Shown: one piece after another, positions 37,449 to 41,302 of the stretch | Numbering within the stretch: position 1 is the first letter of the stretch | How the letters are laid out: every line of letters begins with the position of its first letter | DNA from: an archaeon | GTDB taxonomy: Archaea > Iainarchaeota > Iainarchaeia > Iainarchaeales > 1-14-0-10-31-34 | DNA length: 41,302 nt | Direction of reading: 5' to 3' | NCBI GenBank assembly: GCA_043815885.1 | Contig: JBDRIL010000061.1 | Coordinates: 1 to 41,302 of the forward strand | The notes under the pieces: generated by a model | What the model was told of the DNA's origin: nothing | The model's database searches: none | Seen by the model: only the letters and a program-made list of their open reading frames with translations | Translations under genes and position numbers: made by a program

Positions 37449-40400
37449 TTATGATTGTGGGGCTGATTGAATGACTGACCGTTTTTTCTTTTTTATTTCA
37501 AACATTACGATTGATATTATGATTAGTGTGATTATTGTTGCCGTTATTATTGCTGTCCAGTTGAGTTCATTTGTTTTTAGAGGACAGTCTTGAGGGCAGA
37601 CTGAAGGACTTTCTTCTGTGTCGCATACATTGTTTCCACAAGAACTTTTTGGGGTTTCTTTTATTGTTTTTATTTCTTGTTTTTGTGTTTTGTATCCTTC
37701 TTTTAGTGCTATTATGTTTGTCAGGTTTTTTCTTGCTGTGAATAAGGTTATTCCTTTTTCGTTTGTTGTTCTTTCCAACAAACCGTATTTTATTCTAACG
37801 TCTTTCACTGGATTTCCTTTTCCGTCAACTACTTTTACTTCAAAGGTTTTTCCTTCAATTAGTTCCTCTGAAATAATTATTTTTAGTGTTATTTCTTTCG
37901 GTACTTCTGTCAAGCAGTCTTGCGGGCAGCTTTCAATTGTTTCTGTTGTATCGCATACATTGTTTCCGCATAAACTGGTTCCTGTTGGTTCTATTATTAC
38001 TTGAATTGTTTCTGTAATAAAACCTTGTTTGGTTACAGTAATGCTTGTTTCGTTTAATTTTGCCGTGAATGAAACTGTTCCGTTTGAGTCTGTTGCTTTT
38101 TTTTGTTTTGCGTATTCTGCTGTTGCGTTGTTTACTGGAATGCTTGTGCCTTTTCTTAGTATTGTTATTGTGAATTCTTTTCCGTCAATCAAGTAATCTG
38201 GAGTTTTTATTGTGAAGTTGTATTGGCTTCCTCCTCCGCCACCCCCTCCTCCCCCGTTTCCTCCAGGGCTTCCCCCGCAACCGGAAATTGGAGTGAAAAT
38301 GCAGGAACCATTAGAACAGGAATCAGTAGTGCAGTCATTGCTGTCATTGCATGTTATTCCACAGCAGGAATCATTTTTTGTGCAAGAACCCCAAATATTT
38401 TGGTCTGTGCAAGTTTGTGTTCCGGCACAACTTTCAATTGTGCATGAGCGTGTTTGGCTTGCATTACAGTCTCCGCAAGCTCTTGTTTCGGTTATAGTGT
38501 AATTGTTTGCATCGCAATAGTTTAAGTCATTGCAAGTTCTGTTTTGTGTTTCATTCAAGCATTGAGTCCATTCACTGCAATTCCAGTCTGAAATGCATGC
38601 ATTGTTTACATCCACTGTTATTGGAGTGCTTGTAGTGGTATTGTTTGCGTAGTCTCTTGCTACTACAGTCAAGTTATGATCTCCATTAGAAACCAAACCA
38701 GTGTTCCAAGAAACACTGTAAGGAGTTATACTGTCTTCTGTGCCTAGATTATTTCCGTCAACTTTAAACTGAACTCCAGCAACTGCATTATTGTCAGAAG
38801 CACTGGCAGTAATAGTTATAGTGCCAGAAACAACAGCTCCATCCAAAGGAAAATCAATGTTTACAGTTGGGGGAATGCTGTCTACTGCAGCTGTTGTAGT
38901 TCCGTTTGGCACATTGCTTAAGTCTGACCAGTTAGAGTTATCGTCAACTGTTTTTAAAGCAAAATAGTAAGTAGTGCTGGGATTCAAGTTATTGACAGTA
39001 ATTGATTGAACAGTTCCAGCTGCAAGAGGGACAGGCTCGCCAGAAACTTGAACCGCAGAGGACCAATTAGAAGAATTAATCACTGAAGTAGAATACCTTA
39101 AATCATACTGGAAAGCAGTTCCAATATTTCCATCATCTCCAGGAGCAGTCCACTTCAAAAAAATACTATTAAATGTAACACTAAAAACATTCAAGTCAGT
39201 CACATTACCAGGAGGAGTGGTATCACCAAAAATATTGTTCACATTCACCGTCACAGGGTTGCTTGTGGTTGTGTTTCCTGCGTAGTCTCTTGCTGTGGCT
39301 TTTAGAGTGTGATTTCCGTTTGATGTTGTGTTTGTGTTCCAGTTTGTACTGTAAGGGCTTGTTGTGTCTTCTGTTCCTGTATTGTTTCCGTCTATTTTGA
39401 ATTGTACTCCTGCTACTGCATTGTTGTCTGATGCTGAAGCCGAAATTGTAATGGTTCCTGATACTGTGGAGCCGTTTGCTGGGGAGGTGATTGATGCTGT
39501 GGGTGGAGTGTTGTCGGCGTTATTGACGTTGACTGTTATTGGATTGCTTGTGGTTGTGTTTCCTGCGTAGTCTCTTGCTGTGGCTGTTAGAGTGTGATTT
39601 CCGTTTGATGTTGTGTTTGTGTTCCAGTTTGTACTGTAAGGGCTTGTTGTGTCTTCTGTTCCTGTATTGTTTCCGTCTATTTTGAATTGTACTCCTGCTA
39701 CTGCATTGTTGTCGGAGGCATTGGCTGTGATTGTTATTGTGCCTGATACTGTGGAGCCGTTTGCTGGGGAGGTGATTGATGCTGTCGGGGGGTTTGTATC
39801 AGGCAAGGCAACAGAAAAGGAAATCAAGTAGTCGTCAGTGTTAGCGTTTCCTGCTTGATCAATGCATTTAACGTAATAGTTGTAAATGTTCCCATTTTGT
39901 AATCCAGTTACAAGAGTGGAGTGAGTTGTTCCTCCTGTAGTAGAAAATGCGTTGCTCATTGATGAATAAGAAATCCCAGGGGACATTGAATACTTGCAGG
40001 TTGCGTTCTCGTTGGTTGTTAAAGAAACTGTTGTTTGAGTGGTTCCTGCTGGGAGAGTTCCTGAAGGTTGGCCATTGTTTCTAACTGGAGGGGTAGTGTC
40101 TGATCCATTTGCTGTATAATTCACATACAATATTGGTTTGTAAGTATCAGTACCTATGTCCCAAGTATAAGTCTCAAATGTAGAACCAGACAAGCACTTA
40201 AAGAGAAACATTATTGCGTTTCCACTCTGCCAATTATCCCTGTTAACTATCTCTTGTATTAAAGTCTTAAGCTCAGGAGTGGAGTGCCTTATGTAAGGGT
40301 TAGCAAACTCTTCATCCCAAGATACAAGGGCAGTAGTTCTCCTATTCCATCTCTCACTCAAATCAAAACCATGTCCATTATAAGTACAGCCGCTTTGGAT

Positions 40401-40742
40401 GACAGTAGCATTATCTGCGTCCTCGCTTGCTATTTCAACTATAACATGATTGTATATCCCTCCCCATCCATGAAGACTTATGTATGCAGAATTTATTGTA
40501 GCTCCTTTAGGGATAGTTAAATTTGGGATTCTATATGCCCCGCCCCACCTGTACCACGGAAAACCAGCCTGTAATTCCACATAAGTATAATTGGTGTTAA
40601 CGCAACCTTCGCCGCCTGTAGCTTCTTGTCCATCGTCTTCACTTTGGCCGCCATATAATTGCAGTTGTACTGTGTCAGCATTCACTTGAATACAAAAATA
40701 GATGATTGTCAAGACTATAAATATAAAAACAATTTTTTTCAT
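37449..40742 (-). CDS. Large membrane-anchored surface protein: signal peptide, beta-sandwich N-domain, three bacterial Ig-like repeats, FN3-like domain, Cys-rich modules, poly-Gly linker, C-terminal TM
   Basis: Repeats of PPTASITSPANGSTVSG..ASDNNAVAGVQFKIDG..ARDYAGN; WTAPGDDG..Y.LRYS..YYFALK FN3-like segment; two CGNNVCD..E...CPQDC repeats; C-terminal TM followed by KKKKR. Confidence 0.85.
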   Translation of the reverse strand: MKKIVFIFIVLTIIYFCIQVNADTVQLQLYGGQSEDDGQEATGGEGCVNTNYTYVELQAGFPWYRWGGAYRIPNLTIPKGATINSAYISLHGWGGIYNHVIVEIASEDADNATVIQSGCTYNGHGFDLSERWNRRTTALVSWDEEFANPYIRHSTPELKTLIQEIVNRDNWQSGNAIMFLFKCLSGSTFETYTWDIGTDTYKPILYVNYTANGSDTTPPVRNNGQPSGTLPAGTTQTTVSLTTNENATCKYSMSPGISYSSMSNAFSTTGGTTHSTLVTGLQNGNIYNYYVKCIDQAGNANTDDYLISFSVALPDTNPPTASITSPANGSTVSGTITITANASDNNAVAGVQFKIDGNNTGTEDTTSPYSTNWNTNTTSNGNHTLTATARDYAGNTTTSNPITVNVNNADNTPPTASITSPANGSTVSGTITISASASDNNAVAGVQFKIDGNNTGTEDTTSPYSTNWNTNTTSNGNHTLKATARDYAGNTTTSNPVTVNVNNIFGDTTPPGNVTDLNVFSVTFNSIFLKWTAPGDDGNIGTAFQYDLRYSTSVINSSNWSSAVQVSGEPVPLAAGTVQSITVNNLNPSTTYYFALKTVDDNSNWSDLSNVPNGTTTAAVDSIPPTVNIDFPLDGAVVSGTITITASASDNNAVAGVQFKVDGNNLGTEDSITPYSVSWNTGLVSNGDHNLTVVARDYANNTTTSTPITVDVNNACISDWNCSEWTQCLNETQNRTCNDLNYCDANNYTITETRACGDCNASQTRSCTIESCAGTQTCTDQNIWGSCTKNDSCCGITCNDSNDCTTDSCSNGSCIFTPISGCGGSPGGNGGGGGGGGGSQYNFTIKTPDYLIDGKEFTITILRKGTSIPVNNATAEYAKQKKATDSNGTVSFTAKLNETSITVTKQGFITETIQVIIEPTGTSLCGNNVCDTTETIESCPQDCLTEVPKEITLKIIISEELIEGKTFEVKVVDGKGNPVKDVRIKYGLLERTTNEKGITLFTARKNLTNIIALKEGYKTQKQEIKTIKETPKSSCGNNVCDTEESPSVCPQDCPLKTNELNWTAIITATIITLIIISIVMFEIKKKKRSVIQSAPQS
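39259..39785. repeat. Near-identical 285-bp-period tandem duplication encoding two Ig-like domains
   Basis: 39259-39500 versus 39544-39785 are almost identical at DNA level (about 170 nt with a two-base difference, then a further 44-nt identical block). Confidence 0.92.
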
Positions 40743-40827
40743 TTAGCTATTGAATTAGGCATTGATTATTTATAAATCTTTTTAAAAATAGAACAAAACC
40801 ATTTAAAACCAAGTGATTACGAAAAAA

Positions 40828-41151
40828 TTAAATAGGAAGGTTTTTTAAGAGGCCTTTTTTCTCCAAATGGCTTTTCTGTACTCCCAGATATCTCCACACA
40901 ATGTCTGCCTTTATTGGCTGGAAATCCCATAACTTTATTACAATTAAGTCTCCTTCCCTTATCCACACCCTTTTCTTTAATTTTCCTGGAATCCTGCACA
41001 TTCTTTCCTGTTTGTCTTCACACAATGCCCTTATCTGGTTGGTTCCATGCAATTGAGTTGCAATTGCAAACATCTCTCCATCATTTCTTCTCGGCAGCCT
41101 AATCCTTGAAACAAGCTCTTCGTCACTTAACTGCACTCTTCTTTTATCCAA
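40828..41151 (-). CDS. eif1a: Translation initiation factor aIF-1A
   Basis: RLPR, CED..ERMCRIPGKLKKRVWIREGDLIVI..WDFQ..KADIVWRY; TTG start after SD AGGTG. Confidence 0.95.
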   Translation of the reverse strand: MDKRRVQLSDEELVSRIRLPRRNDGEMFAIATQLHGTNQIRALCEDKQERMCRIPGKLKKRVWIREGDLIVIKLWDFQPIKADIVWRYLGVQKSHLEKKGLLKNLPI

Positions 41152-41157
41152 TTATTT

Positions 41158-41301
41158 TTACACCTTGTATATTTGAACATGAGGAACATTTTTTATTCTA
41201 ATCACGTCTTCCTCTAAAACAATTCCTTCCCTTAAAGCAATTCCCACTGCCTTCTCTCCAATCAGGTTGGCGGAATCACTTTCCCTCAACAATTTTTTCA
41301 A
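41158..41301 (-). CDS. DUF424-family protein, C-terminal part (runs off the right edge)
   Basis: Manual translation LKKLLRESDSANLIGEKAVGIALREGIVLEEDVIRIKNVPHVQIYKV*; ANL.G..AV and VPH.Q motifs; usual neighbour of aIF-1A. Confidence 0.8.
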   Translation of the reverse strand: MKKLLRESDSANLIGEKAVGIALREGIVLEEDVIRIKNVPHVQIYKV

Positions 41302-41302
41302 T

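Noticed and set aside
459..41102. Many short antisense or overlapping ORFs in the ORF track (e.g. 19048-19536, 34075-34635, 31393-31827)
   Set aside because: They are shadows of well-supported genes; the F/S/L-rich composition is what antisense reading of K/E-rich genes gives.

Overview
Archaeal genomic DNA, AT-rich, with archaeal TATA/BRE promoters and GGTGA/GGAGG Shine-Dalgarno sites. The gene set and style suggest a DPANN-type lineage such as Diapherotrites/Iainarchaeota (inference, not proven). Most of the window is housekeeping: S-layer protein with N-glycosylation genes, truD, aRF1, pyrH, dph2, a tRNA methyltransferase, rpl10e, an intron-containing tRNA-Cys(GCA), mre11, acs, cutA, top6AB, a KH protein, rio1 and aIF-1A. 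The stand-out region is an accessory block of about 10.7 kb (22321-33071). It contains an HTH_10 regulator, a palindromic operator, two paralogous small membrane proteins, five tandem ~500-aa paralogs each ending in a phospho-His swivel (PEP-utilizer mobile) domain, one stand-alone PPDK/PEP-synthase ATP-grasp subunit, and a convergent membrane-anchored HAD hydrolase. It reads as a split dikinase array in which one ATP-binding subunit serves five substrate-specificity subunits. The canonical ppsA in the window carries two lesions: no ATG/GTG/TTG at its conserved N-terminus and a -1 frameshift. Other notable items are structured non-coding RNA candidates upstream of tRNA-Cys, a 100-nt structured tRNA intron, a double inverted repeat before mre11, a ThiI-like protein lacking the PP-loop, and a mosaic Ig-repeat surface protein between aIF-1A and rio1.
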